A stretch of DNA of 64,000 bases from assembly GCA_041479945.1 (NCBI GenBank), contig JBGOYZ010000001.1:563-64562 (forward strand), written 5' to 3'. Below are positions 27,506 through 35,950 of the stretch, one piece after another. The translations under genes and the position numbers were made by a program. This stretch comes from Thermoproteota archaeon. Its GTDB lineage: Archaea; Thermoproteota; EX4484-205; JAAOZO01. Each line of letters starts with the position of its first letter. The stretch's first letter is position 1. The notes below the pieces were generated by a model. The model made no database searches, was not told where the DNA came from, and was given only the letters and a program-made list of their open reading frames with translations.

Positions 27506-28366
27506 GTGCTCATGGACGAGAATTACGCTTATAACGAGCGCTCTAGCGGTCGTATTTACATGAACGAAGAAGGTTCTTTCCTCCTTGTGGACCTTACAGC
27601 CAAAGTTCAGGAGACAGGCGAGATAATAGATACCACAAATGAGAGTGTCGCCAAAGAAGCCAAGATCTTCAATGAAAGCGAAGCTTACGTTCCGAGGCTA
27701 CTGATAGTAGGCTCTGACGACGCTCCAAAACCCCTGATGGAGACGCTGAAGAAGGCTGAAGTAGGTGCTGAGCAGCAGGTCGTAGTTTCGCCAGAACAGG
27801 GATACGGGTTGAGAGATCCCTCCAAGGTGCGGGTTCTGCCACTCAGGAAGTTTGCGAACGTCAAGGATCTGGACGTGGACTCTAGGGTGGAGGTCGATGG
27901 GAGAATCGGTACAGTCAAGTCAATAACCTCCGGGCGCGTCTCCGTGGACTTCAACCCACCGTTGGCTGGAAGGACCATCATGTATGATGCGAAGGTGGTG
28001 TCCGTCGTTGAAGAGGAGCCGGATCAGATCCGCGAACTGATAAGTCGAAGGTTCCCGAAGGTCGACAAGAAGGGGTTTGATATCAAGACTGAGGGGTCAA
28101 CGGTCGAGATCAAGTTACCTGAGGAGGTATTCTATGTGGAAGGCCTTCAAGTCATCAAGAGGGCTCTCTTCGCGGAGATAACAAAGCATCTGAAGAACGT
28201 CATGACCGTCTTGTTCTCGGAAGTGTATTCAAAGAAGCAGGAGGAGAAAAGAGAGGAGGAGAAGAAAGAAGAACGCAAAGAAGAGAAAGCAGAGGTCGAG
28301 CCCCCCGCTAAGAAGCCTGCTCGCAAGGAGAAGTCAAAGAAGAAGGCAGGAACTAAGGGGGAGTAA
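27506..28366 (+). CDS. FKBP-type peptidyl-prolyl cis-trans isomerase with a K/E-rich C-terminal tail
   Basis: FKBP fold signature (VVVSPEQGYGLRDP) and an inserted flap domain. The C-terminal 50 aa are highly charged (EEKREEEKKEERKEEKAEVE...). Confidence 0.75.
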   Translation: MLMDENYAYNERSSGRIYMNEEGSFLLVDLTAKVQETGEIIDTTNESVAKEAKIFNESEAYVPRLLIVGSDDAPKPLMETLKKAEVGAEQQVVVSPEQGYGLRDPSKVRVLPLRKFANVKDLDVDSRVEVDGRIGTVKSITSGRVSVDFNPPLAGRTIMYDAKVVSVVEEEPDQIRELISRRFPKVDKKGFDIKTEGSTVEIKLPEEVFYVEGLQVIKRALFAEITKHLKNVMTVLFSEVYSKKQEEKREEEKKEERKEEKAEVEPPAKKPARKEKSKKKAGTKGE

Positions 28367-28745
28367 TCCTAGCAACAGAGAGTGTCTTAGTCGAATCCAT
28401 CGCGCACGGAAACGTTCTCTCGACATGCACTATCTTGATTCTGTCTCCATCGGCCAGTGAGAACGGATCGCAGAGCTCTCTGTAGAGACATGTCCAAGTT
28501 CCACAGGAGACCCTCTTGAACTTGAATGCTGCCCCCTCCTTGGCCAATCGCGCATCCAAGGCGATGGATGTGTCTGGTTTCCTTATCTGGACGCTCTCTA
28601 CGTTTCCTTCCCTCAACTTGCAGTAGCTCCTCGTTCCCTTTCTCCCAACTATTTGGAAGGAAGCGCCCACACACATGGAACCATGGCACACCGTACGTCG
28701 TTCACAGTCGGCGCATTCCTCGGATCCACCGAAATACGTCCACAC
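28353..28745 (-). CDS. Hypothetical cysteine-rich protein
   Basis: 130 aa with 10 Cys (CADCERRTVCHGSMC...SCGTWTC...C). Fills the gap between FKBP and G1PDH. No recognisable family. Confidence 0.25.
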   Translation of the reverse strand: MWTYFGGSEECADCERRTVCHGSMCVGASFQIVGRKGTRSYCKLREGNVESVQIRKPDTSIALDARLAKEGAAFKFKRVSCGTWTCLYRELCDPFSLADGDRIKIVHVERTFPCAMDSTKTLSVARITPP

Positions 28746-28815
28746 AGACCCCTCTTTGATCGCGTCAGGATCGAGTAGGGTGAGTGCCTCTATCCTACTG
28801 CTTTTTGCCGGCGTC

Positions 28816-29871
28816 TCAGATCACCCGGGTTGCTCTTGCCAGATCGACCGCCGCTTTTTCACTCAGTCCTTTCTCGCCCAGTATGGTATATCTGTCTGGT
28901 CTAATGCTTGCCGCTCTTACTAGGGCCTCTACAATAACCTCATCGCTCACGCCAAGTTCCTTGGCCGACGTAGGGGCTTTGGCCTCTGCAAGGCTGTTCC
29001 TCACCTTCTCCCAGTCCGCGTCATGTAGGTAAGACATCATAATGGTCCCGATCCCCACCTGTTGACCGTGGAAAGAGGAGGTATGTCTTATCTGATCCAA
29101 CGCATGTGAGAAGAGATGTTCAGACCCACTGCAAGGCCTACTGGTTCCGGCGATACTGATGAGTATACCACAATTGATAAGCGCCTCCACTAGCGCACGT
29201 ACCCCCTCCGCACTTCCCTCCCCCACCTCTTCGGCCCTCTTCATCATTATCTCCGCACACTCCAAGGCTAGGTCCGCCGTGTATTCGCCATAGTACTCTC
29301 CCAGCAAGAGATGAGCCAACCTCCAATCCTTCACCGCGGTGTACTTGCCTATCACGTCACCAAAGCCACTGGCGATGTATTGATGCGGGGCGGTCACCAG
29401 TACAGATATGTCGGCGAATACTGCCTGGGGCGTCTTGGCGAACCTAGAAGACCTGATGTCACCACTGAGTATTGACACGAGTGGACTCGCTATGCCGTCA
29501 TGAGATGGGATCGTAGGCACGGAGAAGAACTCCGTACCCGATTTCTCTGCGATCAGCTTGGAGATGTCCAAAACCCTCCCACCGCCGACTCCAACCAATC
29601 CATCTATTCCCGTCCCGATGGTTTCGAGGAACTCGTCCCTGACGCTTTCGTGAGGTTTACCATCATCTAGGAAGAACCTGTATTCTATGCCCGAGGTCTC
29701 CAGCGAGCGTTCCAACTTGCCACCAAGAAGTCTGAAGGGAGTCTTGCTGGTGAGCACTCCAACTCTCTCTACTCCCAGTGCCGATAGCTCCTTCCCAATA
29801 CCTTCGATAATACCCCCTCCAGCCATTATCAGCCTGGGAAGCTCAATCTTGTGCGGACTCCCATTGGGCAT
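28816..29871 (-). CDS. egsA: Glycerol-1-phosphate dehydrogenase [NAD(P)+]
   Basis: 351 aa. N-terminal Rossmann LIMAGGGIIEGIGKE plus overall similarity to the AraM/EgsA family. Confidence 0.85.
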   Translation of the reverse strand: MPNGSPHKIELPRLIMAGGGIIEGIGKELSALGVERVGVLTSKTPFRLLGGKLERSLETSGIEYRFFLDDGKPHESVRDEFLETIGTGIDGLVGVGGGRVLDISKLIAEKSGTEFFSVPTIPSHDGIASPLVSILSGDIRSSRFAKTPQAVFADISVLVTAPHQYIASGFGDVIGKYTAVKDWRLAHLLLGEYYGEYTADLALECAEIMMKRAEEVGEGSAEGVRALVEALINCGILISIAGTSRPCSGSEHLFSHALDQIRHTSSFHGQQVGIGTIMMSYLHDADWEKVRNSLAEAKAPTSAKELGVSDEVIVEALVRAASIRPDRYTILGEKGLSEKAAVDLARATRVI

Positions 29872-29910
29872 TGTTCCCCCTTGGGCACAAGAAAAGAAAA
29901 ACTTATCTTG

Positions 29911-30642
29911 ATGGGCTCAGCCCTCTGTCACACTTCATCAGGTGCTTATGCCAAATTGAACAGCTACTTTGGGCCAATTGGGTCACCTCTGGGATCAGGT
30001 CTCTTGAAGGTGCCTGAGGTGAAGTGGGGAACCACTACAATTGGTGTAGCCTGCAAGGATGGGATCGTGTTCGCCACCGATACCCGTGTAGTGCAGGGGG
30101 AAACGTTCATCGCGCACAAGACTGGAAAGAAAGTGCACAAAGTCGAAGATCACGCAGCAATGACTATGGCCGGAGGTGTAGCCGATGCCCAAGCCCTGCT
30201 GGACGTTCTTAGGTACCAAGCTAGGATCTTCTGGCTCGAAAGGGGTACTAAGATTCCCATCAAGTCGCTTTCGAACATCGCGTCCTTGGTACTCTTCGGA
30301 AATAGGTTGGCCCCAATGGCGGTTCAGGCACTGATAGGTGGCCTAGACCATGACGGCCCGAGTCTGTATCAGATCGACCCGTTTGGCGGAGTCACGAGAG
30401 AGACCCTCATTTCGACCGGCTCCGGGTCGCCCGTTGCCCTTGGTTTCCTAGAGGCAAACATACATAAGGACATGTCTTCCAAAGATGTCGTACCGCTGGC
30501 GGTCAAGGCGGTCCTGACAGCCATGAACAGGGACACAGCGACCGGCAATGATTTCGATGTGGTCGTGATCGATTCTGCGGGCTACAGAGAACTCTCGCCG
30601 GACGAAAAAGGGATCATTGCCAAGAGGATAGTGGCGGTATAG
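29911..30642 (+). CDS. psmB: Proteasome beta subunit (catalytic, Thr1 intact)
   Basis: Propeptide followed by G-TTTIGVACKDGIVFATDTRV, with D17 and K33 conserved. The track start at 29851 overlaps egsA; ATG at 29911 is more likely. Confidence 0.85.
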   Translation: MGSALCHTSSGAYAKLNSYFGPIGSPLGSGLLKVPEVKWGTTTIGVACKDGIVFATDTRVVQGETFIAHKTGKKVHKVEDHAAMTMAGGVADAQALLDVLRYQARIFWLERGTKIPIKSLSNIASLVLFGNRLAPMAVQALIGGLDHDGPSLYQIDPFGGVTRETLISTGSGSPVALGFLEANIHKDMSSKDVVPLAVKAVLTAMNRDTATGNDFDVVVIDSAGYRELSPDEKGIIAKRIVAV

Positions 30643-30672
30643 TGCTCAGGTCAGAGCACGGCAAACATTACG

Positions 30673-32571
30673 ATGATTGAACTAGTGAGGAAGGAGGTTC
30701 TTGAAAGGGCACCAGCAGAGGCCTCTCTGACAGGCATAGAGATAGAAGGCCCTCAGATTGTGTTGCTGACCAAGAACCCGGAGTTCATGTTGTCAGGGCA
30801 GCAATACGCCTCCGAGCTGGCCAAAGTACTGAGAAAGAGAGTTGTGATAAGGACCGCACCTCAATACTTGCTCGATGAGGAGACGGCATCCGGAGCCATC
30901 TCTTCCATACTACCAAAGGAGGCAGGCCTCCAGAGGGTCATCTTCAACCACAGCACTGGCGAGGCCATCTCGATAGCGAACAACATTGCGTTGCTGGAGG
31001 CTGACATCAACAATCTCACTCAGAAAGTAGCCAAGGAAACCGGCTGGAGGCTGGTTGTTGAGAAGAAATTCCTGTCGGACTCCAAAACCTTCTCGCAGGT
31101 ACTGCATGTCCTAACGTCCAGGTCCGAATCCAAGAGTTCATTCCTTAGGGAAACTGGGGACAGGATCTTCAGGACTCCATTGGGTTCTACCAGCAGTTGC
31201 ACGCTGTCGTTCCTGGGAGGGGTCGAACAGGTGGGGCGTTCGGCCTTGCTTGTGTCCACAGACGAGAGCAAAGTGTTAGTGGACGCAGGGGTGAACCCTG
31301 GAACCTCGCAGAGAGGGTCATTGTTCCCTAGATTTGACTATGAGTTCGATGGTTTCGAATCGCTGGATGCGGTAGTCGTGTCACATGCACACCTAGACCA
31401 CATAGGAGCACTGCCGTTGCTGACGAAGTATGGTTATCAGGGTCCCTTCTACATGACGGAGCCAACTCTCTATCTGCTGACAATCTTGTTGGAAGACTTC
31501 TACAACGTAGAGACGAGGTCGGGCTCCCTTTCGTTTTTCTCGCTGAAGGACGTCAAGTCAGTCATCGAGCAGACGATTGTGGTTAAGTACAACCAAGTAA
31601 CCGATGTTTCTCCCGACATAAAGATAACACCTTACAACGCCGGTCATATACTTGGCTCCTCCCTGATCGACTTGACAATAGGCGACGCAGGCTACTCTGT
31701 GCTGTACACAAGTGACTTCAAACTTGGGAGGTCATTGCTACTCAACCCTGCCGTTTCCAGATTCCTCAGGGTGGACACACTGATAATGGAATCCACCTAC
31801 GGAGGAGAAGGGGACGTAATGCCGAGCCGAACAGAAGTGGAGAACAGATTGATCTCTCTGGTGAACGAGACCTTCCAAAGGGGAGGAAGGGTCTTGATCC
31901 CCACATTGGCAGTTGGCAGAGCCCAAGAGGTCCTGCTGATCTTGGATCGGGCGATGACCAACAAGAATATCGAGGAGGCCCCGGTGTTTGTGGACGGGAT
32001 GATAACAGAGGTCTCCAAGGTTCACTCGGCTTTTCCGAGTTATCTCTCATCTGAGCTCTATTCGCTCATAACTGAGGAAGGGGTGAACCCACTGGAGTCG
32101 GAATACTTCGTGCCAATCAAGAGCAGTTCGGAGAGATCAGAGGCCCTGTCTGCGGGTAAGGCGATAGTACTTTCCACATCCGGCATGTTAGAAGGCGGCC
32201 CGGTGTTGGAGTACTTCAGACACGTGGCCCCAGAACCGAAGGATTCGGTTCTGTTCGTCAACTATCAAATTGAGGGGACGCTGGGCCAAAGGGTGCTGTC
32301 GGGCGCAAAACAGGTGCAACTTTACGATGGGGAAGGCAAGCTGGCAGTCATAGATATCAAGAGCCAAATCCATCGACTGGACGGCTTGTCTGGGCACTCA
32401 GACAGGTCACAGCTCCTGACGTTTGCAAGGAATGTCATCACTGGGCGAGGTTCAATCTTCTTGGTTCATGGCGAGAGGAGTAAGCTGCGCAGTCTACACA
32501 GGACTGTCTCCCACATGTTTCCTCACAGGGCTACGGTGCCAAAGCTAGGAGAAAGGTACCGGGTGTTTTGA
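30673..32571 (+). CDS. aCPSF1 / FttA (KH domains plus metallo-beta-lactamase/beta-CASP ribonuclease)
   Basis: 632 aa. HAHLDHIGALP metallo-beta-lactamase motif, N-terminal KH domains, and the conserved position downstream of psmB. Confidence 0.9.
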   Translation: MIELVRKEVLERAPAEASLTGIEIEGPQIVLLTKNPEFMLSGQQYASELAKVLRKRVVIRTAPQYLLDEETASGAISSILPKEAGLQRVIFNHSTGEAISIANNIALLEADINNLTQKVAKETGWRLVVEKKFLSDSKTFSQVLHVLTSRSESKSSFLRETGDRIFRTPLGSTSSCTLSFLGGVEQVGRSALLVSTDESKVLVDAGVNPGTSQRGSLFPRFDYEFDGFESLDAVVVSHAHLDHIGALPLLTKYGYQGPFYMTEPTLYLLTILLEDFYNVETRSGSLSFFSLKDVKSVIEQTIVVKYNQVTDVSPDIKITPYNAGHILGSSLIDLTIGDAGYSVLYTSDFKLGRSLLLNPAVSRFLRVDTLIMESTYGGEGDVMPSRTEVENRLISLVNETFQRGGRVLIPTLAVGRAQEVLLILDRAMTNKNIEEAPVFVDGMITEVSKVHSAFPSYLSSELYSLITEEGVNPLESEYFVPIKSSSERSEALSAGKAIVLSTSGMLEGGPVLEYFRHVAPEPKDSVLFVNYQIEGTLGQRVLSGAKQVQLYDGEGKLAVIDIKSQIHRLDGLSGHSDRSQLLTFARNVITGRGSIFLVHGERSKLRSLHRTVSHMFPHRATVPKLGERYRVF

Positions 32572-32611
32572 GTTTCTTGCTTAAGTTTATATCCGATGTC
32601 CTTCTGCTACG

Positions 32612-32848
32612 GTGCGAATTCAGTTGCTGAGTGAACCTACATCACAGGCTCTGGAGAACTCCATCGGGAAGAACGTTCTTCTGAGACTCAAGGGAGGGGG
32701 CGGGATCAGGGGAATACTACTCGGTTTCGACACGCACATGAACCTGGTGCTTGACGACGCAGAGGAGATTTTCAAGGAAGACGCCAAGAAGTTGGGTATG
32801 ATAATTGTGAGGGGAGACAACATAATACTCGTCTCTCCGGCGGAGTAG
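32612..32848 (+). CDS. Sm-like archaeal protein (SmAP/LSm)
   Basis: Sm1/Sm2 motifs: KNVLLRLKGGGGIRGILLGFDTHMNLVLDDAEE...IVRGDNIILVSP. Confidence 0.85.
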   Translation: MRIQLLSEPTSQALENSIGKNVLLRLKGGGGIRGILLGFDTHMNLVLDDAEEIFKEDAKKLGMIIVRGDNIILVSPAE

Positions 32849-32859
32849 GTGAGTCTAGA

Positions 32860-33060
32860 ATGGGGAAGTCAACGGCTGGAACGACCGCCTTCGGCCGAAT
32901 GAACAAGAAGAGGATACACACAACCTGCCCCAGGTGTGGCAGGCGTTCTTATCACATTAGGAAGGGATACTGCGCCTCGTGTGGGTTTGGAAGGAGCCCA
33001 AAGCTCAGGCAGAACTCATGGAGGAGAAAGAACCTCTCAAGGTCTGTTAGAGTTGTCTAG
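32860..33060 (+). CDS. rpl37e: Ribosomal protein L37e
   Basis: GTTAFGRMNKKRIHTTCPRCGRRSYHIRKGYCASCGF: zinc-ribbon L37e. Conserved Sm-L37e pair. Confidence 0.9.
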   Translation: MGKSTAGTTAFGRMNKKRIHTTCPRCGRRSYHIRKGYCASCGFGRSPKLRQNSWRRKNLSRSVRVV

Positions 33061-33097
33061 GCGAGCCAGGAACGCCAAGAGTTCGCTGATCCCACGT

Positions 33098-33730
33098 GTG
33101 AGGCGCTCCATAAGGAGGGCACATGAATCGCTCAGATCCTCTGAACTACGTAAGAGGAGTATCATAGACTTGGGGGAGGTTATTCTTAGGGCCTGCAGGG
33201 AGACTATCTCCGGGGTTCATTCCGGGAGAATGGGAGAAGCGAGAAGGGCGCTCAGGAAATCCACTCGCAACTTCAAGAAGTTCCTGAAGATGACTGGATC
33301 TGCCCGCCACCTCCAACGTTGGGGTTACACAGTCCAGATTGTCCAAGAGTTCTTGGAGGCAAGTCTGCTGCTATCTATCTACACAGGTGAGGAGTTCTTC
33401 CCGCTCGATGAATTGGACGTGCTCCCGGAACTGGCCATACTATACGGGGTCTCGGATGTCATAGGTGAACTCAGGAGGAGGATCCTAGCATCCCTTGCAG
33501 ATGAGGACGCGAGCGGGGTGACGTACCTTTTCAATACGATGACAGAGCTCTACGGCGAGCTATCGTCAATCTCCTTGGCTGACTCCGTAGCTCCAGGGTT
33601 AAGACGGAAGCTTGATGTCAACAGGTCGACCTTGGAGTCTACGCTTTCGGACGTCACGGAAGAACTGAGCAGGAGAAAGTTGGCGCGGTCGATGGATCAG
33701 TTGACACGACGTCTACACCATGGCAATTGA
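33098..33730 (+). CDS. Translin-like protein
   Basis: Helical protein with matches to the translin family: ILRACRETISGVHSG, ARRALRKSTRNFKK, VSDVIGELRRRILASLADED, GLRRKLDVNRSTLESTLSDV. The track ORF (32936) overlaps L37e; a GTG start near 33098 is more likely. Confidence 0.5.
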   Translation: MRRSIRRAHESLRSSELRKRSIIDLGEVILRACRETISGVHSGRMGEARRALRKSTRNFKKFLKMTGSARHLQRWGYTVQIVQEFLEASLLLSIYTGEEFFPLDELDVLPELAILYGVSDVIGELRRRILASLADEDASGVTYLFNTMTELYGELSSISLADSVAPGLRRKLDVNRSTLESTLSDVTEELSRRKLARSMDQLTRRLHHGN

Positions 33731-33751
33731 TCCTGCAGGTTCCAGTTAGAC

Positions 33752-34357
33752 TTGGAAATCGACGTATCCAAAGCAACGAAGGCTCAGATTGCGATTGCCT
33801 CAGAGGTGAGAGTCACGCCCTTCAAGCGAGATGGCTTGGCGACCATTGGAGGAGTTGATGTCGCATATTCCGAATCTGTCGCAGTGGCGGCCTATGCTGA
33901 GCTGAATCTCGACGACGGCAGGCTTCTCTCACTGACCAAGCCCGCTCCCATGCCCCAGATTGGCTACCAGCCAGGTTTTCTTGCCTTCAGAGAGGCTGGG
34001 CCTGTCTTGGGTCTCATGCGTGAGCTGAAGGCCTTTCCCCAACTGATGTTGGTCAACGGACATGGCTTGGCCCATCCGCGTCTTTGCGGGCTAGCAACGC
34101 ACTTGGGCGTGGTTCTCGAACTGCCAACCATAGGATTAGCCAGAAGCACATTGGGGTCGCCCGTGAACACCTACAATCGTCTCTTCTGTCAAAAGGTGAG
34201 GAACCTGTACGTAAGTCCCGGGAATCTGATTTCCCTGCAGGACAGCGTAGATATCGTTAATAGCCTCCCGGCGAAATATGGCTACCCCGAACCGTTAGGA
34301 AGTGCACACCATGAGTCCAAAAGAGCGCTCACAGCAGAGTTTCGGGAAAAGGGCTAG
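33752..34357 (+). CDS. nfi: Endonuclease V
   Basis: GVDVAY...VNGHGLAHPRLCGLATHLGV contains the EndoV catalytic Asp/His motifs. 201 aa. Confidence 0.85.
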   Translation: MEIDVSKATKAQIAIASEVRVTPFKRDGLATIGGVDVAYSESVAVAAYAELNLDDGRLLSLTKPAPMPQIGYQPGFLAFREAGPVLGLMRELKAFPQLMLVNGHGLAHPRLCGLATHLGVVLELPTIGLARSTLGSPVNTYNRLFCQKVRNLYVSPGNLISLQDSVDIVNSLPAKYGYPEPLGSAHHESKRALTAEFREKG

Positions 34358-35024
34358 GGCGCTGCTTTCACTGCTCTCTCTGTTCAAGATGTCCGAGAAC
34401 AGGGGCGAACTGTTCACCAGCACCCGTTCATTTGCTGAGATTCTCGGCGTATCGCAGCAAACTGCATCTATTCTCCTGAGGGAATTGTCATCAGATGGGA
34501 TCATTCTCAGGCAGCTCTCGAAGGGAGGAGAGAGGATCATATTCACTCCCAGAGCATACGCTAGACTCGCACAGGAACTCGCGGGCATATCAGCAGAATC
34601 ATTGCGAGGTCGGATCGAGCCAGCAAGCCTGAGCATAACGGGGCGGGTGTTTACAGGAAAAGGAGAAGGGTCGTACTACATTTCCCAGAGCGGATACTTG
34701 AAACAGATGACAGTCAAACTGGGGTTCTCACCCTATCTTGGGACTCTCAACCTGAGGGTCGGTTCGCTCGATGAGCTGAACAAACTGATATTGCTTTACG
34801 GCACAACTCCCACAGTCTTACGTGGATTCTCGACGCGTGAACGGGCGTTTGGGGATGTCAGCTGCTATCACGTGCGGGTGGAGGGCGTGTCAAACGTTGT
34901 CTTGGTCAGGTCAGAAAGGACAGTGTACGACCTAGCCATAGTCGAGCTAATATCGGACAAGAACCTGAGGAAGACCATTCACCTTAGGGATGGCGATGCC
35001 CTGTCGTTTTCTTTCCCCGCTTAG
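34302..35024 (+). CDS. ribK: RbkR-like bifunctional protein (N-terminal wHTH regulator fused to CTP-dependent archaeal riboflavin kinase)
   Basis: N-terminal about 90 aa resemble a winged HTH (TRSFAEILGVSQQTASILLRELSSDGIIL). The C-terminal domain carries the archaeal RibK motifs GRVFTGKGEGSYY and PYLGTLNLRV. The start is uncertain; the track ORF overlaps the nfi 3' end by 56 nt in another frame. Confidence 0.7.
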   Translation: MHTMSPKERSQQSFGKRARALLSLLSLFKMSENRGELFTSTRSFAEILGVSQQTASILLRELSSDGIILRQLSKGGERIIFTPRAYARLAQELAGISAESLRGRIEPASLSITGRVFTGKGEGSYYISQSGYLKQMTVKLGFSPYLGTLNLRVGSLDELNKLILLYGTTPTVLRGFSTRERAFGDVSCYHVRVEGVSNVVLVRSERTVYDLAIVELISDKNLRKTIHLRDGDALSFSFPA

Positions 35025-35484
35025 AGAATCTACGGGCTATCAGGCTCTTGACTGCGGATGACCTAGACAGATCATCATACGCGAATTCCCTGATCCTGAC
35101 CAGGCGGATGTCCTTTCGACCCATTTCCTTCAGCACTCTTCTGACCTTCGAGACTATGCTGCTGCGATGTTGATCGTACCCGAAGGCGATGATGTCTGGG
35201 TTCACCTTCAGTATGGTCTCCTTCATTCCTTCCTCCAGATCATAGGATGACGGCCCCAACATAGCCTCATCTACTGGTTTCAAAGCTCCTATTATTCGCA
35301 AGCGGGCTCTTTCGCTGAAGATTGGTGCGGACCCTCTCATGTTCTTCGCAGTCTTGTCTCTTGCGAGAACAACCACAAGCTTGGACCCGAGCCCCCCTGC
35401 CCTCTTGGCTTCCTCCAGGTACTTCACGTGCTCTGGATGCAAGACATCAAACACGCCCGAGGCCAGTACCTTCTTGCCTTTCAA
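34984..35484 (-). CDS. ribL: FAD synthetase RibL (archaeal FMN adenylyltransferase, cytidylyltransferase fold)
   Basis: KVLASGVFDVLHPEHVKYLEEAKRAG: H-x-G-H nucleotidyltransferase motif. 166 aa. Convergent with ribK. Confidence 0.8.
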   Translation of the reverse strand: MKGKKVLASGVFDVLHPEHVKYLEEAKRAGGLGSKLVVVLARDKTAKNMRGSAPIFSERARLRIIGALKPVDEAMLGPSSYDLEEGMKETILKVNPDIIAFGYDQHRSSIVSKVRRVLKEMGRKDIRLVRIREFAYDDLSRSSAVKSLIARRFSKRGKKTTGHRHP

Positions 35485-35542
35485 GTGGATGCTTCCACTG
35501 TAGGGAAAACAGATAAAAACGCTTAGTCAAGCGCCAAAGTCA

Positions 35543-35656
35543 GGGCCCGTAGCTCAGCATGGAAGAGCAGCAGATGTCGGGCTAGCTGATGCTCTTAACC
35601 TGATGGTCACGGGAATGGAATCCCGCCAGAAATGGGTTCAAATCCCATCGGGCCCG
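35543..35656 (+). tRNA. tRNA with multiple non-canonical introns, probably tRNA-Lys(CUU)
   Basis: GGGCCCG-TA-GCTCAGCATGGAAGAGC...CTCTTAA...CCCGC-CAGAA-ATGGG-TTCAAAT-CCCAT-CGGGCCC-G. The acceptor, D-arm and T-arm are canonical. A CTCTTAA Lys(CUU)-type anticodon loop is visible, but about 40 extra nt sit in and around the anticodon arm. The first insert (AGATGTCGG...) resembles intron 1 of tRNA-Lys(UUU) at 14117-14132. Confidence 0.65.
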
Positions 35657-35721
35657 CGTCACTTCTCGTCCAGTTGTTCGATTGCGGGCGCTTAATTCAG
35701 TGAAAGTCTGGTCGAATTCAG

Positions 35722-35889
35722 ATGACCTCGAGAGTAGAGGAGCTTCAAGAGAAAGTGATCGACCTTCAGCTGGAACTCAGGAAGCTGGAAACCAAGCGCA
35801 AAAGACTGAGGAAGAGGGTGAACTGCGAGCTTGACAGGTTGTTAAAGGCAAAGGAAACACTGAAGAGGAACAGGAAGATCTGTGTCTGA
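35722..35889 (+). CDS. Hypothetical small coiled-coil protein (55 aa)
   Basis: Hand-translated: MTSRVEELQEKVIDLQLELRKLETKRKRLRKRVNCELDRLLKAKETLKRNRKICV. Heptad-like and basic. Not in the ORF track (under 60 aa). Confidence 0.25.
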   Translation: MTSRVEELQEKVIDLQLELRKLETKRKRLRKRVNCELDRLLKAKETLKRNRKICV

Positions 35890-35950
35890 ACCACTCCTAA
35901 CGCAGATATATCTGCCGCCGAAACTGTTATCGAAGGGCTAGGATCTGGAG

